Positions 34,901 through 49,700 of a stretch of 64,000 nucleotides of DNA are shown here, in pieces. The translations under genes and the position numbers were made by a program. Each line of letters starts with the position of its first letter. Within the stretch, counting starts at the first letter, position 1. The notes under the pieces are model-generated. The model saw only the letters and a program-made list of their open reading frames with translations, was not told where the DNA came from and did no database searches. Source of the DNA: Narcine bancroftii (taxonomy: Eukaryota); contig NC_091476.1 in NCBI RefSeq assembly GCF_036971445.1, forward strand, positions 81,964,001 to 82,028,000, in the 5' to 3' direction.

Positions 34901-37900
34901 ACGAGACGGGGCTTCGCTCCACGTGACGGGATGGGACTTCGCTCCTCGTGACGGGACGGGGCTTCGCTCCTCGTGACTGGACGGTGCTTCGCTCCTCGTG
35001 ACGGGACGGGGCGTCGCTCCTCGTGACGGGACGGGGCTTGCTCCTCGTGATGGGACGGGGATTCTCTCCTCGTGACGGGACGGGGCTTCGCTCCACGTGA
35101 CGGGACGGAGCTTCGCTCCTCGTGACGCGACGGGGCTTCGCTCCTCTTGACGGGACGGGGCTTAGCTCCTTGTGACGGGACGGGGCTTCGCTCCTTGTCC
35201 CTGCCATGGGAGTGTGTGACGGGAAGTGGCTTCGCTCTGTATGACGGTATGGGGCTTCACTCTGTCTTCCCGCCCCAGGAGTGTGTGAAGGGTTGGGGCT
35301 TTGCTGTGAGTCCCTGCCCCAGGTGTGTGTGATGGGACGGGACGGGGCATCGCTCCGTGTGATGGAAGGGCTTCGTTCCGTGTGACGGGACGGGGCTTCG
35401 CTCCGCGTGACGTGACGGGGCTTCGCTCCGTGTGACGGGACGGGGCTTCGCTCCGTGTGACGGGACGGGGGTTCGCTCCGTGTGACGGGATGGGGCTTCT
35501 CTCCTAGTTACGGGACGGGGCTTCGCTCCTTGTGACGGGACGGGGCTTCGCTCCGTGTGACGGGACAGGGTGAGACTTTGCTCTGTGTGACGGGTGAGGG
35601 TTTTATTCTGTGTCCCTGCTTCGGGAGAGTGTGACGGGACGGTGCTTCGCTCTGTGAGACCTGACAGGGCTTCACTCTGTCTCCCCGTCCCTGGAGTGTT
35701 TGACGGGACGGGGCGACCCTTTGTGTGACGGGACGTGGCGACGCTACGTGTCTGCGCCCCAGCATTGTGTGACGGGATGGCGCTTCACTCTCTGTCCCTG
35801 GCACGGGAGTGTGACGGGACGGGGCTCCAGACCGTGTAAAGGGTCGGGGCTTCGCTCCGTGTGACGGGAGTGGACGAGGCTTCGCTCCGTGTGACGGGAC
35901 GGGGCTTCGCTCCGCGTGACGGATCAGGACTTTGCTCTTTGTCCCTGCCCCGGGAATGTGTGAAGGGTTGGGGCTTTGCTCTGTGTCTACACCCCAGGTA
36001 TTTGTGACGGGACGGGGCTTTGCTCTGTGTGACGGGACGGGCTTTGCTCTGTGTGACGGGACGGGGCTTTGATCTGCGTGACGGGACGGGGCTTTGCTCT
36101 GTGTGACGGGAAGGGGATTTGCTCTGTGTGACAGGACGGGGTTTGCTCTGTGTGACGGGATGGGTCTTCACTCTGTGTGACGGGAAGTGGCTTCTCTCTG
36201 TGTGAAGGGACGGGGCTTCGCTCTATGTGACGGGACAGGACTTTGCTCCATGTGACGGGTCGGGTCTTCGCAGTGTGTGACGGGACGGTGCTTCGCTCCG
36301 TGTGACGGGACGTGGCTTCGATCCGTATGACAAGACGGGGCTTCACTCTGCGTGACGGGACGCGGCTTCACTCTGTTTCACCGCCCCAGGAGTTTTTGAC
36401 GGGACGGGGCGACGCTTTGTGTGATGGGACGGGGCGATGCTACGTGCCTTCGCCCCAGCATTGTGCGACGGGATGGTGCTTCACTCTCTGTCCCTGCCCC
36501 GGGAGTGTGACGGGACGGGGCTTCGCTCCGTGTGACGGATAGGGGCTTCGCTCCGTGTGACGGGAGAGGACGAGGATTTGCTCTGCGTAACGGGACAGGG
36601 CCTCGCTCTTTGTGACGGGACCGGGATTTACTCTGTGTCCCGGCCCCGGGAGTGTGTGAAGGGTTGGAGCTTTGCTCTGTGTCCCCACCCCAGGTTTGTG
36701 TAACGGAATGGGGCTTTGCTCTGTGTGACGGGACGGGGCTTTGCTCTGTGTGACGGGACGGGGCTTTGCTCTGTGTGACGGGATGGGTCTTCACTCTGTG
36801 TGACGGGACGGGGCTTCTCTCTGTGTGACGAGACGGGGCTTCGCTCCACGTGACGGGACGGGACTTCGCTCCTCGTGACGGGACGGGGCTTCGCTCCTCG
36901 TGACGGGACGGGGCTTCGCTCCTCGTGACGGGACGGGGCTTGCTCCTTGTGACGGGACAGGGCTTCTCTCCTCGTGACGGGACGGGGCTTCGCTCCACGT
37001 GACGGGACGGGGCTTCGCTCCTCGTGACGGGACGGGGCTTCGCTCCTCGTGACGGGACGGGGCTTGCTCCTTGTGACGGGACAGGGCTTCTCTCCTCGTG
37101 ACGGGACGGGGCTTCGCTCTTTGTGACGGGACGGGGCTTCGCTCCTCGTGACGGGACGGGGCTTCGCTCCTCGTGACGGGACGGGGCTTCGCTCCACGTG
37201 ACGGGATGGGGCTTCCCTCCTCGTGACGGGACCGGGCTTCGCTCCTCTTGACGGGACGCGGCTTCGCTCCTCGTGACGGTACGGGGCTTCGCTCCTTGTG
37301 ACTGGACGGGGCTTCGCTCATCGTGACGGGACGGGGCTTCGCTCCTCGTGAAGGGATGGGGCTACGCTCCTCGTGACGGGACGGGGCTTCACTCCTCGTG
37401 ACAGGACGGGTCTTCGCTCCTCGTGACGGGACGGGACTTCCATCCTCGTGACGGGACGGGGCTTCCCTCCTCGTGACGGGACGGGGCTTTTCTCCTTGTC
37501 CCTGCCATGGGAATGTGTGACGGGAATTGGCTTCGCTCTGTGTGAAGGTATGGGGCTTCACTCTGTCTCCCCGCCCCTGGAGTGTGTGAAGGGTTCGGGT
37601 TTGCTCTGAGTCCCTGCCCCAGGTGTGTGTGAAGGGACGGGACGGGGCTTCGCTCCGTGTGACGGAAGGGACTTCGTTGCGTGTGACGGGACGGGGCTTC
37701 GCTCCGTGTGACGGGACGGGGCTTTGCTCCGTGTGACGGGACGGGTCTTCGCTCCATGTGGGACGGGACTTCGCTCGTGTGACAGGACGGTGCTTCGGTC
37801 CGTGTGACGGAAGGGACTTCGTTCCGTGTGACGGGACGGGGCTTCGCTCCGTGTGACGGGACAGGGCTTTGCTCCGTGTGACGGGACGGGTCTTCGCTCC

Positions 37901-40750
37901 GTGTGGGACGGGACTTTGCTCGTGTGACGGGACGGGGCTTCTCTCCTTGTGACGTGACGGGGCATCTCTCCTCGTGACGGGACGGGGCTTCTCTCCTTGT
38001 GACGGGACGGGGCTTCGCTCCTTGTGACGGGACAGGGCTTCGCTCCGTGTGACGGGACAGGGTGAGACTTTACTCTGTGTGACGGGTCAGGGCTTTATTC
38101 TGTGTCCCTGCCTCGGGAGAGTGTGACGGGATGGTGCTTCGCTCTGTGTGACTGGACAGGACTTCACTCTGTCTCCCCGTCCCTGGAGTGTTTGACGGGA
38201 CGGGGCGACCCTTTGTGTGACGGGACGTGGCGACGCTACGTGACTCCGCTCCAGCATTGTGTGATGGGATGGCGCTTCAATCTCTGTCCCTGCCCCGGGA
38301 GTGTGACGGGACGGGGCTCCAGTCCGTGTAAAGGGTCGGGGCTTCGCTCCGTGTGACGGGAGTGGACGAGGCTTTGCTCTGTGTGACGGAATGGGGATTT
38401 ACTCTGTGTCCCTGCCCCGGGAGTGTGTGAAGGGTTGGGGCTTTGTTCTGTGTGACGGGATGGGTCTTCACTCTGTGTGAAGGGACGGGGCTTCTCTCTG
38501 TGTGACGTGACGGGGCTTCGCTCCTCGTGACGGTACGGGGCTTCGCTCCTCGTGATGGGACAGGGCTTTGCTCTGTGTCCCTGCCCCGGGAATGTGTGAA
38601 GGGTTGGGGCTTTGCTCTGTGTCTACACCCCAGGTATGTGTGAAGGGACGGGGATTTGCTCTGTGTGACGGGACGGCTTTGCTCTGTGTGACGGGACGGG
38701 GCTTTGCTCTGCGTGACGGGATGGGATTTCACTCTGTGTGACGGGAAGGGGCTTCTCTCTGTGTGAAGGGACGGGGCTTCGCTCTACGTGACGGGACAGG
38801 ACTTTGCTCCATGTGACGGGTCGGGGCTTCGCAGCGTGTGACGGGACGGTGCTTTGCTCCGTGTGACGGGACGTGGCTTCGATCCGTATGACGGGACGGG
38901 GCTTCGCTCTTCGTGACGGGACGCGGCTTCACTCTGTTTCACCGCCCCTGGAGTTTTTGGCGGGACGGGGCGACGCTTTGTGTGATTGGACGGGGCGATG
39001 CTACGTGCCTCCGCCCCAGCATTGTGCGACGGGATGGTGCTTCACTCTCTGTCCCTGCCCCGGGAGTGTGACGGGACGGGGATTCGCTCCGTGTGACGTA
39101 TAGGTGCTTCGCTCCGTGTGACGGGAGAGGACGAGGATTTGCTCTGCGTAACGGGACAGGGCCTCGCTCTTTGTGACGGGACCGGGATTTACTCTGTGTC
39201 CCGGCCCCGTGAGTGTGTGAAGGGTTGGAGCTTTGCTCTGTGTCCCCACCCCAGGTTTGTGTGACGGGATGGGGCTTTGCTCTGTGTGACGGGACGGGGC
39301 TTTGCTCTGTGTGACGGGACGGGGCTTTGCTCTGTGTGACGGGATGGGTCTTCACTCTGTGTGAGGTGACGGGGCTTCTATCTGTGTGACGAGACGGGGC
39401 TTCGCTCCACGTGACGGGACGGGGCTTTGCTCCTCGTGACGGGACGGGGCTTCGCTCCTCATGACGGGACGGGGCTTCGCTCTTTGTGACGGGACGGGGC
39501 TTCGCTCCTCGTGACGGGACGGGACTTCGCTCCTCGTGACGGGACTGGGCTTCGCTCCTCTTGACGGGTCGGGGCTTCGCTCCTCGTGACGGGACGGGGC
39601 TTCGCTCCTCGTGATGGGACGGGGCTTCGATCCGTATGACGGGACGGGGCTTCGCTCTGCGTGACGGGACGCGGCTTCACTCCGTTTCACTGCCCCTGGA
39701 GTTTTTGGCGGGACGGGGCGACGCTTTGTGTGATGGGACGGGGCGATGCTACGTGCCTCCGCCCCAGCATTGTGCGACGGGATGGTGCCTCACTCTCTTC
39801 CCTGCCCTGGGAGTGTGACGGGACGGGGCTTCGCTCCGTGTGACATATAGGGGCTTCGATCCGTGTGACGGGAGAGGACGAGGATTTGCTCTGCGTAACG
39901 GGACAGGGCCTCGCTCTTTGTGACGGGACCGGGATTTACTCTGTGTCCCGGCCCCGGGAGTGTGTGAAGGGTTGGAGCTTTGCTCTGTGTCCCCACCCCA
40001 GGTTTGTGTAACGGTATGGGGCTTTGCTCTGTGTGACGGGACGGGGCTTTGCTCTGTGTGACGGGACGGGGCTTTGCTCTGTGTGACGGGATGGGTCTTC
40101 ACTCTGTGTGACGGGACGGGGCTTCTCTCTGTGTGACGAGACGGGGCTTCGCTCCACGTGACGGGACGGGACTTCGCTCCTCGTGACGGGACGGGGCTTC
40201 GCTCCTCGTGACGGGACGGGGCTTCGCTCCTCGTGACGGGACGGGGCTTGCTCCTTGTGACGGGACAGGGCTTCTCTCCTCGTGACGGGACGGGGCTTCG
40301 CTCCACGTGACGGGACGGGGCTTCTCTCCTCGTGACGGGACGGGGCTTCGCTCCTCGTGACGGGACGGGGCTTCGCTCCTCGTGACGGGACGGGGCTTCG
40401 CTCTTTGTGACGGGACGGGGCTTCGCTCCTCGTGACGGGACGGGGCTTCACTCCTCGTGACGGGACGGGGCTTCGCTCCACGTGACGGGATGGGGCTTCC
40501 CTCCTCGTGACGGGACTGGGCTTCGCTCCTCTTGACGGGATGCGGCTTCGCTCCTCGTGACGGTACGGGGCTTCGCTCCTTGTGACTGGACGGGGCTTCG
40601 CTCATCGTGACGGGACGGGGCTTCGCTCCTCGTGAAGGGACGGGGCTACGCTCCTCGTGACGGGACGGGGCTTCACTCCTCGTGACGGGACGGGTCTTCG
40701 CTCCTCGTGACGGGACGGGGCTTCCATCCTCGTGACGGGACGGGGCTTCC
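25425..40750. repeat. Recent tandem duplication, 2 x ~7.65 kb (~25425-33066 and ~33067-40750)
   Basis: Offset is +7642 (25972>33614, 27059>34701, 28736>36378), then +7666 after a 24-bp gain near 37070 (30436>38102, 32083>39749). Shared private variants: TAACGGAATGG (~29060/36700), CTCATGACG (~31792/39458), TTCACTGCCCC (~32020/39686). Confidence 0.88.
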
Positions 40751-43700
40751 CTCCTCGTGACGGGACGGGGCTTCGCTCCTTGTCCCTGCCATGGGAATGT
40801 GTGACGGGAATGGGCTTCGCTCTGTGTGACAGTATGGGGCTTCACTCTGTCTCCCCGCCCCTGGAGTGTGTGAAGGGTTCGGGTTTGCTCTGAGTCCCTG
40901 CCCCAGGTGTGTGTGACGGGACGGGACGGGGCTTCGCTCCGTGTGACGGAAGGGACTTCGTTCCGTGTGACGGGACGGGGCTTCGCTCCGTGTGACGGGA
41001 CGGGGCTTTGCTCCGTGTGACGGGACGGGTCTTCGCTCCATGTGGGACGGGACTTCGCTCGTGTGACAGGACGGTGCTTCGGTCCGTGTGACGGAAGGGA
41101 CTTCGTTCCGTGTGACGGGACGGGGCTTCGCTCCGTGTGACGGGACGGGGCTTTGCTCCGTGTGACGGGACGGGTCTTCGCTCCGTGTGGGACGGGACTT
41201 CGCTCGTGTGACAGGACGGTGCTTCGGTCCGTGTCACGGGACGGGGCTGCGCTCCATGTGACGGAACGATGGCTTCTCTCCTTGTGACGTGACGGGGCAT
41301 CTCTCCTCGTGACGGGACGGGACTTCTCTCCTTGTGACGGGACGGGGCTTCGCTCCTTGTGACGGGACAGGGCTTCGCTCCGTGTGACGGGACAGGGTGA
41401 GACTTTACTCTGTGTGACGGGTATGGGCTTTATTCTGTGTCCCTGCCTCGGGAGAGTGTGACGGGATGGTGCTTCGCTCTGTGTGACTGGACAGGACTTC
41501 ACTCTGTCTCCCCGTCCCTGGAGTGTTTGACGGGACGGGGCGACCCTTTGTGTGACGGGACGTGGCGACGCTACGTGACTCCGCTCCAGCATTGTGTGAT
41601 GGGATGGCGCTTCAATCTCTGTCCCTGCCCCGGGAGTGTGACGGGACGGGGCTCCAGTCCGTGTAAATGGTCGGGGCTTCGCTCCGTGTGACGGGAGTGG
41701 ACGAGGCTTTGCTCTGTGTGACGGAATGGGGATTTACTCTGTGTCCCTGCCCCGGGAGTGTGTGAAGGGTTGGGGCTTTGTTCTGTGTGACGGGATGGGT
41801 CTTCACTCTGTGTGAAGGGACGGGGCTTCTCTCTGTGTGACGTGACGGGGCTTCGCTCCTCGTGACGGTACGGGGCTTCGCTCCTCGTGATGGGACAGGG
41901 CTTTGCTCTGTGTCCCTGCCCCGGGAATGTGTGAAGGGTTGGGGCTTTGCTCTGTGTCTACACCCCAGGTATGTGTGAAGGGACGGGGCTTTGCTCTGTG
42001 TGACGGGACGGCTTTGCTCTGTGTGACGGGACGGGGCTTTGCTCTGCCTGACGGGATGGGATTTCACTCTGTGTGACGGGAAGGGGCTTCTCTCTGTGTG
42101 AAGGGACGGGGCTTCGCTCTACGTGACGGGACAGGACTTTGCTCCATGTGACGGGTCGGGGCTTCGCAGCGTGTGACGGGACGGTGCTTTGCTCCGTGTG
42201 ACGGGACGTGGCTTCGATCCGTATGACGGGACGGGGCTTCGCTCTTCGTGACGGGACGCGGCTTCACTCTGTTTCACCGCCCCTGGAGTTTTTGGCGGGA
42301 CGGGGCGACGCTTTGTGTGATTGGACGGGGCGATGCTACGTGCCTCCGCCCCAGCATTGTGCGACGGGATGGTGCTTCACTCTCTGTCCCTGCCCCGGGA
42401 GTGTGACGGGACGGGGATTCGCTCCGTGTGACGTATAGGTGCTTCGCTCCGTGTGACGGGAGAGGACGAGTATTTGCTCTGCGTAACGGGACAGGGCCTC
42501 GCTCTTTGTGACGGGACCGGGATTTACTCTGTGTCCCGGCCCCGTGAGTGTGTGAAGGGTTGGAGCTTTGCTCTGTGTCCCCACCCCAGGTTTGTGTGAC
42601 GGGATGGGGCTTTGCTCTGTGTGACGGGACGGGGCTTTGCTCTGTGTGACGGGACGGGGCTTTGCTCTGTGTGACGGGATGGGTCTTCACTCTGTGTGAG
42701 GTGACGGGGCTTCTATCTGTGTGACGAGACGGGGCTTCGCTCCACGTGACGGGACGGGGCTTTGCTCCTCGTGACGGGACGGGGCTTCGCTCCTCGTGAC
42801 GGGACGGGGCTTCGCTCTTTGTGACGGGACGGGGCTTCGCTCCTCGTGACGGGACGGGACTTCGCTCCTCGTGACGGGACGGGGCTTCGCTCCTCTTGAC
42901 GGGTCGGGGCTTCGCTCCTCGTGACGGGACGGGGCTTCGCTCCTCGTGACGGGACGGGGCTTCGATCCGTATGACGGGACAGGGCTTCGCTCTGCGTGAC
43001 GGGACGCGGCTTCACTCCGTTTCACCGCCCCTGGAGTTTTTGGCGGGACGGGGCGACGCTTTGTGTGATGGGACGGGGCGATGCTACGTGCCTCCGCCCC
43101 AGCATTGTGCGACGGGATGGTGCCTCACTCTCTTCCCTGTCCTGGGAGTGTGACGGGACGGGGCTTCGCTCCGTGTGACATATAGGGGCTTCGCTCCGTG
43201 TGACGGGAGAGGACGAGGATTTGCTCTGCGTAACGGGACAGGGCCTCGCTCTTTGTGACGGGACCGGGATTTACTCTGTGTCCCGGCCCCGGGAGTGTGT
43301 GAAGGGTTGGAGCTTTGCTCTGTGTCCCCACCCCAGGTTTGTGTAACGGTATGGGGCTTTGCTCTGTGTGACGGGACGGGGCTTTGCTCTGTGTGACGGG
43401 ACGGGGCTTTGCTCTGTGTGACGGGATGGGTCTTCACTCTGTGTGACGGGACGGGGCTTCTCTCTGTGTGACGAGACGGGGCTTCGCTCCTCGTGATGGG
43501 ACGGGGCTTCGCTCCTCGTGACGGGACAGGGCTTCGCTCCATGTGACTGGATGGGGCTTCCCTCCTCGTGACGGGACTGGGCTTCGCTCCTCTTGACGGG
43601 ACGCGGCTTCGCTCCTCGTGACGGTACGGGGCTTCGCTCCTTGTGACTGGACGGGGCTTCGCTCATTGTGACGGGACGGGGTTTCGCTCCTCGTGAAGGG

Positions 43701-46700
43701 ACGGGGCTACGCTCCTCGTGACGGGACGGGGCTTCGCTCCTCGTGAAGGGACGGGGCTACGCTCCTCGTGACGAGACGGGGCTTCACTCCTCGTGACGGG
43801 ACGGGTCTTCGCTCCTCGTGACGGGACGGGGCTTCGCTCCACGTGACGGGACGGAGCTTCGCTCCTCGTGACGCGACGGGGCTTCGCTCCTCTTGACGGG
43901 ACGTGGCTTCGCTCCTTGTGACGGGACGGGGCTTCGCTCCTTGTCCCTGCCATGGGAGTGTGTGACGGGAAGGGGCTTCGCTCTGTATGACGGTATGGGG
44001 CTTCACTCTGTCATCCCGCCCCAGGAGTGTGTGAAGGGTTTGGGCTTTGCTGTGAGTCCCTGCCCCAGTTGTGTGTGATGGGACAGGACGGGGCATCGCT
44101 CCGTGTGATGGAAGGGCTTCGTTCCGTGTGACGGGACTGGGCTTCGCTCCGCGTGACGGGACGGGGCTTCGCTCCGTGTGACGATACGGGGCTTCGCTCC
44201 GTGTGACGGGACGGGGGTTCGCTCCGTGTGACGGGATGGGGCTTCTCTCCTAGTGACGGGACGGGGCTTCGCTCCTCGTGACGGGACGGGGCTTCGCTCC
44301 GTGTGACGGGACAGGGTGAGACTTTGCTCTGTGTGACGGGTGAGTGTTTTATTCTGTGTCCCTGCCTCGGGAGAGTGTGACGGGACGGTGCTTCGCTCTG
44401 TGTGACCTGACAGGGCTTCACTCTGTCTCCCCGTCCCTGGAGTGTTTGACGGGACGGGGCGATCCTTTGTGTGACGGGACGTGGCGACGCTACGTGTCTG
44501 CGCCCCAGCATTGTGTGACGGGATGGCGCTTCACTCTCTGTCCCTGGCACGGGAGTGTGACGGGACGGGGCTCCAGACCGTGTAAAGGGTCGGGGCTTCG
44601 CTCCGTGTGACGGGAGTGGACGAGGCTTCGCTTCGTGTGACGGGACGGGGCTTCGCTCCGCGTGACGGATCAGGACTTTGCTCTGTGTCCCTGCCCCGGG
44701 AATGTGTGAAGGGTTGGGGCTTTGCTCTGTGTCTACACCCCAGGTATTTGTGACGGGACGGTGCTTTGCTCTGTGTGACGGGACGGGCTTTGCTCTGTGT
44801 GACGGGACGGGGCTTTGATCTGCGTGACGGGACGGGGCTTTGCTCTGTGTGACGGGAAGGGGATTTGCTCTGTGTGACAAGACGGGGTTTGCTCTGTGTG
44901 ACGGGATGGGTCTTCACTCTGTGTGACGGGAAGTGGCTTCTCTCTGTGTGAAGGGACGGGGCTTCGCTCTATGTGACGGGACAGGACTTTGCTCCATGTG
45001 ACGGGTCGGGTCTTCGCAGTGTGTGACGGGACGGTGCTTCGGTCCATGTGACGGGTCGCGGCTTCACTCTGTTTCACCGCCCCAGGAGTTTTTGACGGGA
45101 CGGGGCGACGCTTTGTGTGATGGGACGGGGCAATGCTACGTGCCTTCGCCCCAGCATTGTGCGACGGGATGGTGCTTCACTCTCTGTCCCTGCCCCGGGA
45201 GTGTGGCGGGACGGGGCTTCGCTCCGTGTGACGGATAGGGGCTTCGCTCCATGTGACGGGAGAGGACGAGGATTTGCTCTGCGTAACGGGACAGGGCCAC
45301 GCTCTTCGTGACGGGACCGGGATTTACTCTGTGTCCCGGCCCCGTGAGTGTGAGAAGGGTTGGAGCTTTGCTCTGTGTCCCCACCCCAGGTTTGTGTGAC
45401 GGGATGGGGCTTTGCTCTGTGTGACGGGACGGGGCTTTGCTCTGTGTGACGGGACGGGGCTTTGCTCCTCGTGACGGGACGGGGCTTCGATCCGTATGAC
45501 GGGACGGGGCTTCGCTCTGCGTGACGGGACGCGGCTTCACTCTGTTTCACCGCCCTTGGAGTTTTAGGCGGGACGGGGCGACGCTTTGTGTGATGGGACG
45601 GGGCGATGCTACGTGCCTCCGCCCCAGCATTGTGCGACGGGATGGTGCCTCACTCTCTTCCCTGCCCTGGGAGAGTGACGGGACGGGGCTTCGCTCCCTG
45701 TGACATATAGGGGCTTCGCTCCGTGTGACGGGACAGGACGAGGATTTGCTCTGCGTAACGGGACAGGGCCTCGCTCTTTGTGATGGGACCGGGATTTACT
45801 CTGTGTCCCGGCCCCGGGAGTGTGTGAAGGGTTGGAGCTTTGCTCTGTGTCCCCACCCCAGGTTTGTGTAACGGTATGGGGCTTTGCTCTGTGTGACGGG
45901 ACGGGGCTTTGCTCTGTGTGACGGGACGGGGCTTCGCTCATCGTGACGGGACGGGGCTTCGCTCCTCGTGAAGGGACGGGGCTACGCTCCTCGTGACGGG
46001 ACGGGGCTTCACTCCTCGTGACGGGACGGGTCTTCGCTCCTCGTGACGGGACGAGGCTTCGATCCTCGTGACGGGACGGGGCTTCCCTCCTCGTGACGGG
46101 ACGGGGCTTCGCTCCTTGTCCCTGCCATGGGAGTGTGTGACGGGAATGGGCTTCGCTCTGTGTGACGGTATGGGGCTTCACTCTGTCTCCCCGCCCCTGG
46201 AGTGTGTGAAGGGTTCGGGTTTGCTCGGAGTCCCTGCCCCAGGTGTGTGTGACGGGACGGGACGGGGCTTCGCTCCGTGTGACGGAAGGGACTTCGTTGC
46301 GTGTGACGGGACGGGGCTTCGCTCCGTGTGACGGGACGGGGCTTTGCTCCGTGTGACGGGACGGGTCTTCGCTCGGTGTGGGACGGGACTTCGCTCGTGT
46401 GACAGGACGGTGCTTCGGTCCGTGTCACGGGATGGTGTTCGCTCCGTGTGACGGGACGGGGCTTCGCTCCGTGTGACGGGACGGCGCTTTCCTCTGTGTG
46501 ACGGGACGGGGCTTTGCTCCGTGTTACGGGATGGGGCTGCGCTCTGTGTGACGGGACTGGGCTTCGCTCCTCTTGACGGGACGCGGCTTCGCTCCTCGTG
46601 ACGGTACGGGGCTTCGCTCCTTGTGACTGGACGGGGCTTCGCTCATTGTGACGGGACGGGGTTTCGCTCCTCGTGAAGGGACGGGGCTACGCTCCTCGTG

Positions 46701-49700
46701 ACGGGACGGGGCTTCGCTCCTCGTGAAGGGACGGGGCTACGCTCCTCGTGACGAGACGGGGCTTCACTCCTCGTGACGGGACGGGTCTTCGCTCCTCGTG
46801 ACGGGACGGGGCTTCCCTCCTCGTGACGGGACGGGGCTTCGCTCCTTGTCCCTGCCATGGGAATGTGTGACGGGAATGGGCTTCGCTCTGTGTGACAGTA
46901 TGGGGCTTCACTCTGTCTCCCCGCCCCTGGAGTGTGTGAAGGGTTCGGGTTTGCTCTGAGTCCCTGCCCCAGGTGTGTGTGATGGGACGGGACGGGGCTT
47001 CGCTCCGTGTGACGGAAGGGACTTCGTTCCGTGTGACGGGACGGGGCTTCGCTCCGTGTGACGGGACGGGGCTTTGCTCCGTGTGACGGGACGGGTCTTC
47101 GCTCCATGTGGGACGGGACTTCGCTCGTGTGACAGGACGGTGCTTCGGTCCGTGTGATGGAAGGGACTTCGTTCCGTGTGACGGGACGGGGCTTCGCTCC
47201 GTGTGACGGGACGGGGCTTTGCTCCGTGTGACGGGACGGGTCTTCGCTCCGTGTGGGACGGGACTTCGCTCGTGTGACAGGACGGTGCTTCGGTCCGTGT
47301 CACGGGACGGGGCTGCGCTCCATGTGACGTAACGATGGCTTCTCTCCTTGTGACGTGACGGGGCATCTCTCCTCGTGACGGGACGGGGCTTCGCTCCTTG
47401 TGACGGGACAGGGCTTCGCTCCGTGTGACGGGACAGGGTGAGACTTTACTCTGTGTGACGGGTCAGGGCTTTATTCTGTGTCCCTGCCTCGGGAGAGTGT
47501 GACGGGATGGTGCTTCGCTCTGTGTGACTGGACAGGACTTCACTCTGTCTCCCCGTCCCTGGAGTGTTTGACGGGACGGGGCGACCCTTTGTGTGACGGG
47601 ACGTGGCGACGCTACGTGACTCCGCTCCAGCATTGTGTGATGGGATGGCGCTTCAATCTCTGTCCCTGCCCCGGGAGTGCGACGGGACGGGGCTCCAGTC
47701 CGTGTAAAGGGTCGGGGCTTCGCTCCGTGTGACGGGAGTGGACGAGGCTTTGCTCTGTGTGACGGAATGGGGATTTACTCTGTGTCCCTGCCCCGGGAGT
47801 GTGTGAAGGGTTGGGGCTTTGTTCTGTGTGACGGGATGGGTCTTCACTCTGTGTGAAGGGACGGGGCTTCTCTCTGTGTGACGTGACGGGGCTTCGCTCC
47901 TCGTGACGGTACGGGTCTTCGCTCCTCGTGATGGGACAGGGCTTTGCTCTGTGTCCCTGCCCCGGGAATGTGTGAAGGGTTGGGGCTTTGCTCTGTGTCT
48001 ACACCCCAGGTATGTGTGAAGGGACGGGGCTTTGCTCTGTGTGACGGGACGGCTTTGCTCTGTGTGACGGGACGGGGCTTTGCTCTGCGTGACGGGATGG
48101 GATTTCACTCTGTGTGACGGGAAGGGGCTTCTCTCTGTGTGAAGGGACGGGGCTTCGCTCTACGTGACGGGACAGGACTTTGCTCCATGTGACGGGTCGG
48201 GGCTTCGCAGCGTGTGACGGGACGGTGCTTTGCTCCGTGTGACGGGACGTGGCTTCGATCCGTATGACGGGACGGGGCTTCGCTCTTCGTGACGGGACGC
48301 GGCTTCACTCTGTTTCACCGCCCCTGGAGTTTTTGGCGGGACGGGGCGACGCTTTGTGTGATTGGACGGGGCGATGCTACGTGCCTCCGCCCCAGCATTG
48401 TGCGACGGGATGGTGCTTCACTCTCTGTCCCTGCCCCGGGAGTGTGACGGGACAGGGATTCGCTCCGTGTGACGTATAGGTGCTTCGCTCCGTGTGACGG
48501 GAGAGGACGAGGATTTGCTCTGCGTAACGGGACAGGGCCTCGCTCTTTGTGACGGGAGCGGAATTTACTCTGTGTCCCGGCCCCGGGAGTGTGTGAAGGG
48601 TTGGAGCTTTGCTCTGTGTCCCCACCCCAGGTTTGTGTGACGGGATGGGGCTTTGCTCTGTGTGACGGGACGGGGCTTTGCTCTGTGTGACGGGACGGGG
48701 CTTTGCTCTGTGTGACGGGATGGGTCTTCACTCTGTGTGATGGGACGGGGCTTCTCTCTGTGTGACGAGACGGGGCTTCGCTCCACGTGACGGGATGGGA
48801 CTTCGCTCCTCGTGACGGGACGGGGCTTCGCACCTCGTGACTGGACGGGGCTTCGCTCCTCGTGACGGGACGGGGCGTCGCTCCTCGTTACGGGACGGGG
48901 CTTGCTCCTCGTGATGGGACGGGGATTCTCTCCTCGTGACGGGACGGGGCTTCGCTCCACGTGACGGGACGGAGCTTCGCTCCTCGTGACGCGACGGGGC
49001 TTCGCTCCTCTTGACGGGACGTGGCTTCGCTCCTTGTGACGGGACGGGGCTTCGCTCCTTGTCCCTGCCATGGGAGTGTGTGACGGGAAGGGGCTTCGCT
49101 CTGTATGACGGTATGGGGCTTCACTCTGTCATCCCGCCCCAGGAGTGTGTGAAGGGTTTGGGCTTTGCTGTGAGTCCCTGCCCCAGTTGTGTGTGATGGG
49201 ACAGGACGGGGCATCGCTCCGTGTGATGGAAGGGCTTCGTTCCGTGTGACGGGACTGGGCTTCGCTCCGCGTGACGGGACGGGGCTTCGCTCCGTGTGAC
49301 GATACGGGGCTTCGCTCCGTGTGACGGGACGGGGGTTCGCTCCGTGTGACGGGATGGGGCTTCTCTCCTAGTGACGGGACGGGGCTTCGCTCCTCGTGAC
49401 GGGACGGGGCTTCGCTCCGTGTGACGGGACAGGGTGAGACTTTGCTCTGTGTGACGGGTGAGTGTTTTATTCTGTGTCCCTGCCTCGGGAGAGTGTGACG
49501 GGACGGTGCTTCGCTCTGTGTGACCTGACAGGGCTTCACTCTGTCTCCCCGTCCCTGGATTGTTTGACGGGACGGGGCGATCCTTTGTGTGACGGGACGT
49601 GGCGACGCTACGTGTCTGCGCCCCAGCATTGTGTGACGGGATGGCGCTTCACTCTCTGTCCCTGGCACGGGAGTGTGACGGGACGGGGCTCCAGACCGTG

